Below the pieces are notes generated by a model. That model saw nothing but the letters and a program-made list of their open reading frames with translations. It had not been told where the DNA came from and searched no databases. This document shows positions 54,461 through 64,000 of a DNA stretch of 64,000 nucleotides, in pieces. Location: assembly GCA_965261315.1 (NCBI GenBank), contig CBDHDM010000044.1:22495-86494 (forward strand), written 5' to 3'. The translations under genes and the position numbers were made by a program. Source of the DNA: Endozoicomonas sp. (lineage in GTDB: Bacteria > Pseudomonadota > Gammaproteobacteria > Pseudomonadales > Endozoicomonadaceae). The number at the start of each line of letters is the position of its first letter. Position 1 is the stretch's first letter.

Positions 54461-55126
54461 TTAAAGTTGCTGCATATGGATGACCATTGAACGAATCCAG
54501 AGCGTCAGGTCATCCATATCTTCAAGAGATAGCAGTATTAGAGCCATATCCAGTGGATCCAACCCTCCCTCATTTTGGAAAACTTCTCCTTTGAAGCTTG
54601 AGATCACGTCTCTTAGCTCATCAACAGCAATCCTCACTTCTTGATGAACCCCCATCATGATTTGAGATTGCTGCTTTCTAAAGCCTGCCAAGCCAAAACG
54701 ATCTTGTTTTGCTATTCCCGACTTTAAGCCCTGAACAGTTTCACCAAAGTGCTGATTCAGCTGTTTCATGGAGTTTTGCAGCTCCACAGTGAGCCCGGGA
54801 GGTCTATAAGTTAATCGCTCAGCCATCCTGCAAATCAAATGCGCCAAGTTGTTTTGAGTCTGTAAAAGGGAAAGAACCAGCCCCTTGGGTTGCGCCGTCA
54901 ATGTTGGTTGATTCAGCCGAGTCAGAACATCCTGCTCCAGTTTTTCAACTGCCGGAGGAAAATCAATTAGCCATTGCGGCCTTTCATGCCATTGATAACT
55001 CGGAGTTAACCGACTCTGCAACTGCCGGCTTAACAGAACCAATGCATCCAGTACCACCTGACGATGCTGGCTTAAAGGCTTATAGACAGAGCCGGAAAAA
55101 AGGCTGGTAAAGGTCGTAAGATCCAT
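54461..55126 (-). CDS. Divergent DUF47/PhoU-like helical protein
   Basis: SLFSGSVYKPLSQH N-terminus resembles TIGR00153-type proteins; 221 aa, all helical. Confidence 0.5.
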   Translation of the reverse strand: MDLTTFTSLFSGSVYKPLSQHRQVVLDALVLLSRQLQSRLTPSYQWHERPQWLIDFPPAVEKLEQDVLTRLNQPTLTAQPKGLVLSLLQTQNNLAHLICRMAERLTYRPPGLTVELQNSMKQLNQHFGETVQGLKSGIAKQDRFGLAGFRKQQSQIMMGVHQEVRIAVDELRDVISSFKGEVFQNEGGLDPLDMALILLSLEDMDDLTLWIRSMVIHMQQL

Positions 55127-55158
55127 ACCAGATCTTATCGACCCTGCATGCCCCCTGA

Positions 55159-56496
55159 TTAGGGTAAATTACGGACCAGAAGTGAGTGGCTATTTGGCAG
55201 AACGCCCTCTGGCTTTGGAATTTTTACAAAGTGGCCCGAACCAGGAGCTGCATCTATACGCTCACCACGACGATTCTCCAAATGGTTCAGATTGAAAATA
55301 TGGTTACCCTGAGGGGTCATCAATTCCACAGTATCTCCAATCTCAAAGCGGTTTTTCACCTCAACAGTTAGCTGCTGATCATCAAACTCAACAATTTCAC
55401 CAACGAACTGTTGCGTGCTTTCTCGGGAGTTACCGGTTTCATAATTCTGGTATTCGTCATGAACATGGCGGCGGTAGAACCCTTCGGTATAACCACGATT
55501 AGCCAGATTCTCCAGAGAGTCCATCATACCCATATCAAAAGGAATGCCCGCTGCCGAATCATCAATGGCTTTCCGATAAACCTGAGCCGTTCTGGCCACA
55601 TAATAAAATGACTTGGTACGCCCCTCGATCTTCAGGGAGTGGATGCCCATCTCCGTGAAGCGGCGAACATGCTGGACAGCCCGAAGATCCTTGGAGTTCA
55701 TGATGTAAGTGCCATGCTCATCTTCAAAGGCAGGCATATATTGATCCGGGCGCCCTTTTTCCTGCAGCAGGAAGATATTATCTGTTGTTTCACCAGTACC
55801 CAATGTGGGCACAACTATCTCAGGACTGCCAATATCAGAACTCGATCCAACTGGAATGATATCACCACTTTCAGTCTCTTTAGCCTCATGGGCTTGATAC
55901 TGCCAGCGACATGCATTTGTACAGGTTCCCTGGTTTGGATCCCTTTTATTGATATAGCCAGAAAGCAGGCAGCGCCCAGAGTAGGCAATACATAGCGAAC
56001 CATGTACAAAAACTTCAATTTCAGTATCCGGACACTCTTCCCGAATTTCCTGAATTTCATCCAGTGAGAGCTCTCGAGACAGAATAATGCGCTCAACACC
56101 CTGCTTAGCCCAGAATTTCACAGTAGCGAAGTTAACTGCATTGGCCTGAACTGATAGATGAACTGGCATATCCGGCCAGGTTTCACGCACCATCATAATC
56201 AGGCCAGGATCGGACATAATCAAAGCATCCGGCCTCATGGCGATAACAGGCTCCATATCTCGCAGATACGTTTTTACCTTACTGTTATGGGGAGCAATAT
56301 TACTGGCAAGATAAAGCTTTTTACCCAAAGCATGTGCTTCATCAATACCTTTTTGCAGATTATCCAGTTTAAAGTCGTTATTTCGGACTCTCAAACTATA
56401 GCGGGGCTGGCCAGCATAAACAGCGTCAGCACCATAAGCAAAAGCAAATTGCATATTCTTCAGCGTTCCCGCTGGCGAGAGGAGTTCCGGTTTCAT
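55159..56496 (-). CDS. trhP: tRNA 5-hydroxyuridine synthesis protein, peptidase U32 family (YegQ)
   Basis: PELLSPAG, YAGQPRYSLRVRNN, CIAYSGRCLLS, CTNACRW, KIEGR. Confidence 0.93.
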   Translation of the reverse strand: MKPELLSPAGTLKNMQFAFAYGADAVYAGQPRYSLRVRNNDFKLDNLQKGIDEAHALGKKLYLASNIAPHNSKVKTYLRDMEPVIAMRPDALIMSDPGLIMMVRETWPDMPVHLSVQANAVNFATVKFWAKQGVERIILSRELSLDEIQEIREECPDTEIEVFVHGSLCIAYSGRCLLSGYINKRDPNQGTCTNACRWQYQAHEAKETESGDIIPVGSSSDIGSPEIVVPTLGTGETTDNIFLLQEKGRPDQYMPAFEDEHGTYIMNSKDLRAVQHVRRFTEMGIHSLKIEGRTKSFYYVARTAQVYRKAIDDSAAGIPFDMGMMDSLENLANRGYTEGFYRRHVHDEYQNYETGNSRESTQQFVGEIVEFDDQQLTVEVKNRFEIGDTVELMTPQGNHIFNLNHLENRRGERIDAAPGSGHFVKIPKPEGVLPNSHSLLVRNLP

Positions 56497-56721
56497 TATG
56501 ACCTACAGCTGATCTTATTGAATGGCGCGCATTATAACAACGCAATCAGAATGCAACAGTAGTGACAGCACTCAGATCATAAGTGAAAAGTGAGTAGTGG
56601 TTCGGTTTAAACCAGGATAGGTCGTTAAAGAGAGGGGGGAAATGTAAGAGGAGGGAGTGGTGGTCCGTATCAGCGTTTCTACAAGAGCTGTTGATACGGA
56701 CCAGAGCAAAGCAAACAAGAT

Positions 56722-56889
56722 TTACTTAATCTTGTATTCCTTGTACTCAACGTGCTTGCGAACAACTGGATCGTACTTCTTGAATACCAACTTATCAGGC
56801 GTATTACGCTTGTTCTTGGTAGTAGTGTAGTAATGACCAGTGCCGGCAGTAGAAACCAGCTTGATTTTTTCGCGAATACCTTTAGCCAT
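56722..56889 (-). CDS. rpmG: 50S ribosomal protein L33 (not in the ORF track)
   Basis: Manual translation [55 protein letters not shown]. Confidence 0.97.
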   Translation of the reverse strand: MAKGIREKIKLVSTAGTGHYYTTTKNKRNTPDKLVFKKYDPVVRKHVEYKEYKIK

Positions 56890-56908
56890 ATCTTATGCTC
56901 CTGCTAAA

Positions 56909-57145
56909 TTAGAATTTTTGACCGCTGGCGCGCAGATCAACCAGAACGGCATCAATACCTTTCTTGTCGATAATACGCATGCCTTTGGCAGAAACACGCA
57001 GACGCACAAAGCGCTTTTCACTTTCAACCCAGAAGCGCTTGTGATGCAAGTTAGGCACGAAGCGACGACGAGTTTTATTCTGAGCGTGGGAAACGTTATT
57101 CCCAGTAACCGGGCGCTTTCCGGTAACCTGACAAACCTTGGACAT
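56909..57145 (-). CDS. rpmB: 50S ribosomal protein L28
   Basis: [29 protein letters not shown]. Confidence 0.98.
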   Translation of the reverse strand: MSKVCQVTGKRPVTGNNVSHAQNKTRRRFVPNLHHKRFWVESEKRFVRLRVSAKGMRIIDKKGIDAVLVDLRASGQKF

Positions 57146-57446
57146 GTTTATGGCCTCTCAAACCAAAAATCCAGCCATGAGGCCGGAAAACTTAACTGAA
57201 TTCCAGTGCCTGCTTCGGGCAGATCTGCCCATGGTTACAGAGTCAAGAGACCTTCAAGACTCATCAGCAGCTACCCTCATACAAAGATCGGGCTTTATAC
57301 CAGAGTTGAGCGCCTCTTGCAAATTCCATGAGGGTTACGGATTATGCCTAGCCCCCCGCAATATCAGCAATCCCAAGGCATTTGAACGATTTCTCGTCTA
57401 TGTTGACAGCAAAGCCAGACTGACATTTTTAATACAGAGGAATATC

Positions 57447-60400
57447 ATGAACCGCTTTAAAGATTTTCGAGCCGTCATCGTTAATCAGGTTCAATCACTA
57501 CTGGCAAAACGCATGTCAAATAAAGAGTGTGAGCAAATACAGTCTCTTGCAGATACTTACTATCAGGGCGTTTCCCCAAAAGATCTCACCCAGATAAATA
57601 CTGATGACTGCTATGGTGCTCTGCTCTGTCTGTGGCAATTTTTGCAGATAAGACCATCGGAACAAATCAAGATCCGTGCTTACAACCCTGAGCCGGAAAC
57701 CCATCATTGGCATTCAACACACAGCATTGTTGAAATCATCGTTGATGACATGCCATTTCTGGTTTCTTCAGTTCTTATGGAACTTGACCGTCAAAAAATA
57801 AAAGTTTACAGCCTGAATCATCCGACTCTTCAGTCGGAGCGGGACAACACTGGTCAGCTACACTCCATTGGTACTCATCAGGCAGTTCTCAATGAAGCAG
57901 TTATTCGAATTGAAATTGACCGGCAATCAGACCACCTTGACTTGGAAAAGGTGGTTTCTGGTATCCGAAGCATCGTGGAGGATGTTCATAATGTTGTTTC
58001 TGACTGGGAGGCAATGCAAGCCAGGCTGGATGAAGCAACTCAATGGTGTCAAAGTCATCCTGCCCCATTGCAGGAGCTGGAGCTGAAAGAAGTACTGGCT
58101 TTTCTACACTGGATTAAAAAGGATAATTTTCTTTTTATTGGTTTTCGTTACTACGAGATCATTCATGACACGCTTAAGCTAAAATTACGCACCAGTAGCA
58201 AAACCGGCTTGGGAACCTTTAGAGAAGACCGTCCCCATAATCCGGTAGAACAAGATCTTTCTCCTTATATTGCATCAAAAATTCAAACATCCGAGCTGCT
58301 TGTCATTACCAAATCTACCAGCCGCTCAACGGTTCATCGACCAGCTCATCTGGACTATATCGGGATAAAGCAATTTAACGACGCAGGCATAGTAATCGGA
58401 GAATGGCGCTTTTTCGGACTATTTTCTTCAACCACTTACAACGTACCTCTGAATGAAATCCCTCTGATACGGAAGAAAGTGGCAAAACTCCTGAAAAATA
58501 CCAGCTGCCCTGCAAACAGTCATCGAGGAAATGCCCTCCGACACATCATTCATGACTACCCAAGGGATGAACTTCTGCAGGCGAGCTACGAGCAGCTCAA
58601 AAGTGTCATAAACGGAATTCTCGACTGTCATGAGCTACGACAGCTGAAAGTTTTTCTCCGACCTGACGCTTATGACCGCTTTATCACCGTACTTATCTAT
58701 GTATCCAGAGATAACTTCAATACTGAACTTCGTTTAAAGATGCAGCAGATTCTGCTCAGTGAATTAAATGGAAACAGTATCGACTTCAATGTTCAGCTCT
58801 CTGAAAACCCAATGGCGCAGTTGCAGTTTACGGTGCATTGTCGTCATGCCAATCAGCAGAATGTTGATGTTGAGCGACTGGAAGCAATGATTCATGAGGC
58901 GATGCTGAGTTGGTCAGACCATTTACAGCAGGCATTAAAAGAAGCGTTTGGTGAAGCCACCGGCAACCGGATGACACAGTGCTACCTGCTGGCATTTCCC
59001 GCTGCTTACCGGGAGGATGTCACACCTCGTCAGGCAGTAGCGGATATCCAGCGCCTGGAATCTTTAAAAGACAGTTATCAGATAAGCACCAGTCTGTATC
59101 GCCCAGTAACTGATCACTATCGCTGGCACTTTCGAGTCCTTGGGAAAGGGCCTCTGCTCGCGCTGTCAGATATACTTCCCATTCTTGAAAAGATGGGTGT
59201 AAGGGTTCGCAGTGCAAGACCTTATGCAATCAGTCCCAGTAGCCTGGAAAGTGCCTGGGTACTTGATTTCAGTATTGAGCCTGATGGCCATGAGAACGCC
59301 CTGACAACAAATACAAAAGAAGCAGGGAGTACACAAACAAGCAGCACCAACCTTGAAGATATTCATCTGCGAGAGCAATTCCATGAGGTTTTCATCCGCA
59401 CCTGGAAGGGTGAAATGGAGAATGATGGGTTCAATGGGCTGGTCGTTTCCGCAGCTTTAAATTGGGAACAAGTTGTACTCATTAGAGCTCTGTCTAAATA
59501 CCTGCTGCAACTTCAGGTGCCTTTCAGCCAGAGCTACATGCAAAAGGTGCTTAATAGTAACCCACCTGTTGTTCGTGAAATCGCAGACCTGTTCAGTATC
59601 CGTTTTTACCCGGGCTTTCGTGGCGATCGAAATGAAATTGCCAGTGCTTGCTCAGAGAGGATTTACCAACTGCTGGACAATGTTGCCAACCTGGATGAGG
59701 ATCGGATTCTCCGTCACTTTCTCAGCGTAATTGAAGCCATGCTGAGAACTAACGCTTATCAGAAAGAACGTAATGGAGAACCTAAAGACTACCTGTCTTT
59801 CAAACTGAAACCCGAAAAGATTCCAACCTCTCCACACCCAAGGCCAATGTTTGAAATATTTGTCTACTCACCAAGATTTGAAGGCATTCATATGCGGGGT
59901 GGAAAGATTGCCAGGGGAGGGTTGAGGTGGTCGGACAGAATGGAAGACTTCCGCACAGAAATTCTGGGCCTTGTAAAAGCCCAGATGATAAAGAATGCCG
60001 TCATAGTACCCCATGGAGCAAAAGGGGGCTTTGTAGCAAAACAGCTCCCTGTAAATGGTTCCAGAGAAGAAATACAGACTGAGGGCGTTTCCTGCTATCG
60101 ATCTTTTATCTCCGGGCTTCTTGATCTTACCGACAATCTTCAAACTGGAAACATTATTCCTCCTGAAGATATCGTACGATACGATGATGATGATCCTTAT
60201 CTTGTGGTAGCTGCGGATAAGGGCACCGCAAGCTTTTCAGATATAGCGAACGATGTATCCAAGAGCTATGGGTTCTGGCTGGGTGATGCTTTTGCCTCTG
60301 GTGGAAGTCAGGGCTATGACCATAAAAAAATGGGTATAACAGCCAGAGGAGCCTGGGAATCCGTCAAAAGAATCTTTAAAGAACGCGAAATAGATACCCA

Positions 60401-62305
60401 GAACCATGACTTTACAGTAATCGGCATTGGCGACATGTCCGGGGATGTTTTTGGCAACGGAATGCTACTCTCTAACCATATTCGTTTAATAGCAGCCTTT
60501 AACCACCAGCACGTTTTTATCGACCCGGATCCAGATATATCTGCCAGTTTCAGTGAGCGCCAGCGTCTGTTTAATTTACCAAGGTCATCCTGGGATGATT
60601 ACGATCGCATCACAATATCGGAAGGGGGCGGAGTATTCAGCCGCCAATTGAAAAACATCCATTTAAGCAAACAGGCCAGAACCGTCCTGGCAACCGATAA
60701 GTCCATGATGTCTCCTGCTGAGCTTATCCAAACTATTCTAAAAGCCCCTGCAGATCTATTGTGGAATGGGGGAATTGGTACCTATGTAAAAGCCAGTTAT
60801 GAAAGCAACGCCGATGTGGGAGATCGATCAAATGATAATGTTCGCATAAGCGCAACAGAATTGAATACCAGTGCAGTAGGGGAAGGAGGGAACCTGGGCT
60901 TAACTCAACTGGCAAGAATAGAGTTTTCCAAAAGAGGCGGCTTGATCAACACAGACGCTATTGATAACTCCGGGGGCGTTGACAGTTCTGATCATGAAGT
61001 AAACATAAAGATCCTCCTTAACCAGATGGTTGATGACGGCGACATTACCATCAAGCAGCGTAATTTGTTACTGGCCAGCATGACTGATGAAATTGCCAGA
61101 CTGGTTCTCAGGCATAACTTTTTACAAAGCCAGCGATTAAGCCTGAGTCTGCAGCAAAGTATTATATTGTTTAACGACCACCGGTTCCTGATCAGAAAAC
61201 TCGAACAGAAAGGACGACTCAACCGAACTCTGGACTGTCTGCCTTCAGATGCTGAACTTAAAGCCAGAGTGAAAGCTGGCGAAGGCCTTACCAGGCCAGA
61301 GATAGCCATTCTTTTATCCCATACTAAACTGGACCTGTTTGAAGCCCTTGTCACCTCCGAAGTGGCTAAAGACCCGGTCCTTTCAGCAAAACTACTGGAC
61401 TATTTCCCCTCACAACTCCGCAATCAATTCTCGGATCAAATTATGGATCACCCATTAAAAACCGAAATACTGGCGACCCATCTCAGTAATGAAATCGGGA
61501 ACAGAATGGGGGCAACCTTTATCGAATATATTCAACAGGAAACCAGAAACTCAGAACTGAATTGTGTTCGAGCATTTATGACTATCAAAGAGATCTTTTC
61601 CATTCAATCTATCTGGGATCAGTTTGAGAAACTTGGGTTTGATGTAAAGGATGATATCCAGAGAGTAGAGCTATTCCGGGTTCAGCAACATGTTGAAAAG
61701 GCATGTATCTGGCTGCTGAGAAATCATAGCAACGCCATGGATATTGAGTATCTCATCAGCAACTATAAACCAGGGGTCAGCGCCGTCAGTGGACAGCTCG
61801 CAGAACTTCTGGGAGAAGAGGACTGTGAATGGCTGGGAGGCAGGGTTACCTGGTTACAGGAAGCGCAACTACCACAAACACTGGCGGAAACCCTGTGCTG
61901 GTCTTCGGTATCTTTATTACGTACTTTTTCATGGTCAGTGTGGCCAATGAGTATAAGCATACCGTTACTGATGTGGCCTCCATCTTTTTTGCTCTTGAGG
62001 ATTGTCTTTGCCTTCCCTGGTTAAGGGAACGTATTCGTCAGCTGCCGGTTAATGACCTCTGGCAACGCAAAGCACAGTCATCACTCAAAGATCAGTTAGA
62101 CCGAACACTCAATGGCAACTGTATTAATGTTCTAACCCTCTCTGAAGGAAATCCAGAAGAGCAACTTAAAGTGTGGCTGGAAAAAAATGCTGAGCCAATT
62201 GACGTCTGGAAAGCAACCGTCAGGGAAATACAGTCGGCCAGAGAACAGAACCTTGCCATGCTATCAGTCGCTGTTCAGGAGCTGTCTCTAATAGCGCTAA
62301 CCTGA
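57447..62305 (+). CDS. gdhB: Large NAD-specific glutamate dehydrogenase, with two frameshifts near the 3' end
   Basis: DDMPFLV, ARGGLRWSDR, YLVVAADKGTA, GYDHKKMGITARGAW, DNSGGVDSSDHEVNIKI; start ATG 57447 with AGAGGA; extra bases in CCC (about 61892) and TTTTT (about 61927). Confidence 0.92.
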
Positions 62306-62391
62306 CACAGACTGGGGCAATATACCCAGAGGATTTGAAATTGCTATGCGGCAGCAAATGAGCAAAGCCAGCAAACTATTTTCTCCCCAAC

Positions 62392-62549
62392 AAAAAAAGC
62401 GGCCATCAGGGGAGGATGACCGCTTCATTCTGTCACTATCTAACACCGACATCCGCAAAGTACACAGCAAAGGCCGAGGTTTTAATAGTTCAGGAGCTTT
62501 TCTTCAGCAAACAAACCTTCAACCAACACACCTTAAACACTTAATCGGC
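62392..62549 (-). ncRNA. Candidate sRNA 3
   Basis: Sigma70-like TTTATG-N17-TATACT (62584-62556); U/G-rich body; terminator AGCGGTCATCCTCCCCTGATGGCCGCTTTTTTT. Confidence 0.45.
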
Positions 62550-62592
62550 TGCCAAAGTATATTTGTTAGGCTGTACTGCATAAAAATGAGGC

Positions 62593-62738
62593 AAAAAAAA
62601 GCCAGCGCCCGGGGGAGGAACACTGGCTATATAGCTTCGGCTACAGGGGAGCAGCCTACAACTTAAATTTCTGTCAACACAAAACACACAGTGAGCAATA
62701 AGAAACCAGTACCAAACTGTTGCCTTTTTCCTATCCTC
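62593..62738 (-). ncRNA. Candidate sigmaE-dependent sRNA 2 (ErsA/Pseudomon-1-like)
   Basis: Follows the promoter at 62772-62745; core TTGCTCACTGTGTGTTTTGTGTTGACA; terminator GCCAGTGTTCCTCCCCCGGGCGCTGGCTTTTTTTT. Confidence 0.65.
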
Positions 62739-62744
62739 ATATAT

Positions 62745-62772
62745 TCAGACAAGCAAAGTTCTATAAAGTTCC
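62745..62772 (-). promoter_or_regulatory. sigmaE (RpoE/AlgU) promoter
   Basis: GGAACTT-N16-TCTGA, a consensus match. Confidence 0.8.
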
Positions 62773-62773
62773 C

Positions 62774-62805
62774 TAAAAAAATAAAAAAATAAAAAAATAA
62801 AAAAA
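62774..62805. repeat. (TAAAAAAA)x4 tandem repeat
   Basis: Four exact 8-mers immediately upstream of the -35 element of sRNA 2. Confidence 0.85.
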
Positions 62806-62829
62806 TTTTCTAACCGATGTTCAGCAGGT

Positions 62830-62947
62830 AAAGAAAAAGCCAGAATCCTGATTGAGGATACTGGCTTTGAACGATATATGCGGGGAAACAGATACCGCTT
62901 TAAAATTGCCAACACAAAACACACAAGGAGCAACTCATTCGAGACTC
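62830..62947 (-). ncRNA. Candidate sigmaE-dependent sRNA 1 (ErsA/Pseudomon-1-like)
   Basis: Core TTGCTCCTTGTGTGTTTTGTGTTGGCA; terminator AAAGCCAGTATCCT-CAATC-AGGATTCTGGCTTTTTCTTT; directly downstream of polA. Confidence 0.65.
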
Positions 62948-62953
62948 AATATG

Positions 62954-62982
62954 TGAGACAAGCATTATGGCAATAAAGTTCC
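62954..62982 (-). promoter_or_regulatory. sigmaE (RpoE/AlgU) promoter
   Basis: GGAACTT-N17-TCTCA. Confidence 0.7.
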
Positions 62983-63053
62983 AGTCTTTAAGAAAAGCTT
63001 ACAAAACTCTTCTCAAGACCTACTGCTGATATTTTTTCAGAACAGAGTAAAAC

Positions 63054-64000
63054 TCAATGAGCTTCGTCCCAGTTATCTCCAACACCAGCTTCGACTAACA
63101 GTGGAACACTGAGCTCTGCAGCACTGGCCATCTGCGATTTTATTCCGTCAATAACAGCCTCAACGTTTTCATCTGCAACCTCAAGAACCAGTTCATCGTG
63201 AACCTGCATAATCACACGAGCATTGAATACTGATTCTTGCAACCACTGGTCAACCAGGATCATAGCCTTTTTGATAATATCCGCAGCGGTTCCCTGCATA
63301 GGCGCATTAATCGCTGTTCGTTCAGCTCCCTGTCGCCTCATTCCGTTTCGAGCATTGATTTCAGGAAGATATAAACGACGGCCAAAAATGGTCTCTACAT
63401 ACCCATTTTCCCGTGCGAAGGCTTTTGTCTCTTCCATATACCTCAGGACACCAGGATAACGCTCAAAGTAGAGATCAATGTATTCCTGTGCAGACTTTCT
63501 GGAGACACCCAGCTGCTTGGCTAACCCAAAGGAGGACATTCCATAAATCAATCCAAAATTGATAGCCTTGGCACTGCGTCGCTGATCACTGGTTACATCT
63601 TCCAATGTAACACCGAACACTTCGGCAGCGGTTGCTTTGTGAATATCAAGACCATTGGCAAAAGCATCCAGCAACCCCTTATCTTTTGATAAGTGCGCCA
63701 TGATTCTGAGTTCAATCTGGGAATAATCCGCAGCAACCAGCTTGTAACCCCTGGGGGCAATAAAGGCCTGGCGCACCCGTCGTCCTTCAGGGGTTCGAAT
63801 AGGAATATTCTGAAGGTTCGGGTCGGAAGAAGAGAGCCGCCCCGTTGCAGTCACTGCCTGATGGTAAGAGGTATGTATTCGCCCGGTAGCAGTATTGATC
63901 ATTTGTGGGAGCTTGTCCGTGTAAGTGGATTTCAGCTTGCTTAAACCACGGTGTTCAAGAATCAGTTTTGGAAGCGGGTAATCCAGAGCCAGTTCCTGCA
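63054..64000 (-). CDS. polA: DNA polymerase I, 3' part
   Basis: [42 protein letters not shown]; frame open to the window end. Confidence 0.99.
   Translation of the reverse strand, partial: QELALDYPLPKLILEHRGLSKLKSTYTDKLPQMINTATGRIHTSYHQAVTATGRLSSSDPNLQNIPIRTPEGRRVRQAFIAPRGYKLVAADYSQIELRIMAHLSKDKGLLDAFANGLDIHKATAAEVFGVTLEDVTSDQRRSAKAINFGLIYGMSSFGLAKQLGVSRKSAQEYIDLYFERYPGVLRYMEETKAFARENGYVETIFGRRLYLPEINARNGMRRQGAERTAINAPMQGTAADIIKKAMILVDQWLQESVFNARVIMQVHDELVLEVADENVEAVIDGIKSQMASAAELSVPLLVEAGVGDNWDEAH

Noticed and set aside
50113..55126. ppx, Na/Pi cotransporter and DUF47-like gene as a phosphate operon
   Set aside because: Mixed orientations, interrupted by hns, and no clear Pho box seen.
56661..56703. 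Hairpin after rpmG as an ncRNA
   Set aside because: A single stem just downstream of the operon; best explained as a 3' stabiliser or terminator.
57138..57446. 103-aa N-terminal extension of GdhB
   Set aside because: It overlaps rpmB and the divergent promoter region; ATG 57447 has a good RBS.
61890..61930. Programmed frameshifting in gdhB
   Set aside because: Two single-base homopolymer gains within about 40 bp, with no slippery heptamer or structure; sequencing error is more likely.
62346..62933. Track ORFs 62346-62666 and 62745-62933, and a CRISPR reading of the repeated core
   Set aside because: The ORFs run through terminators and poly-A tracts; only two core copies about 235 bp apart and no cas genes.

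Overview
Chromosomal segment of a gammaproteobacterium with Pseudomonas-like gene order (pssA..ilvC-ilvY-ilvH-ilvI-DUF4124-yqcC-TPR-mrcB-tfoX; ubiD-rho-trxA-ppx; rpmBG; polA). The synteny plus eukaryote-like proteins suggest a host-associated Endozoicomonas-like organism (inference). The core genes are intact. Accessory blocks between them are heavily eroded by internal deletions and stops. Highlights: (1) an intact ankyrin + SOCS-box-like gene, preceded by a sigmaE-type promoter, that was inserted into an iadA gene together with the 3' half of rplI and its terminator; (2) an unannotated tandem array of 2-3 sRNA-like units downstream of polA, two of them with sigmaE promoters and a shared U/G-rich core (ErsA/Spot42 position); (3) a decaying MFS + two paralogous 3-His cupins + 46-aa peptide cluster; (4) a SET-domain remnant; (5) a decaying DedA/ATP-grasp/YHS/DoxX/OlsF-like/DinB cluster; (6) an intact TonB receptor-YfiR-hybrid kinase module. 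Frameshifts in pssA and gdhB look like homopolymer sequencing errors. All family assignments come from motif recognition, not from database searches.
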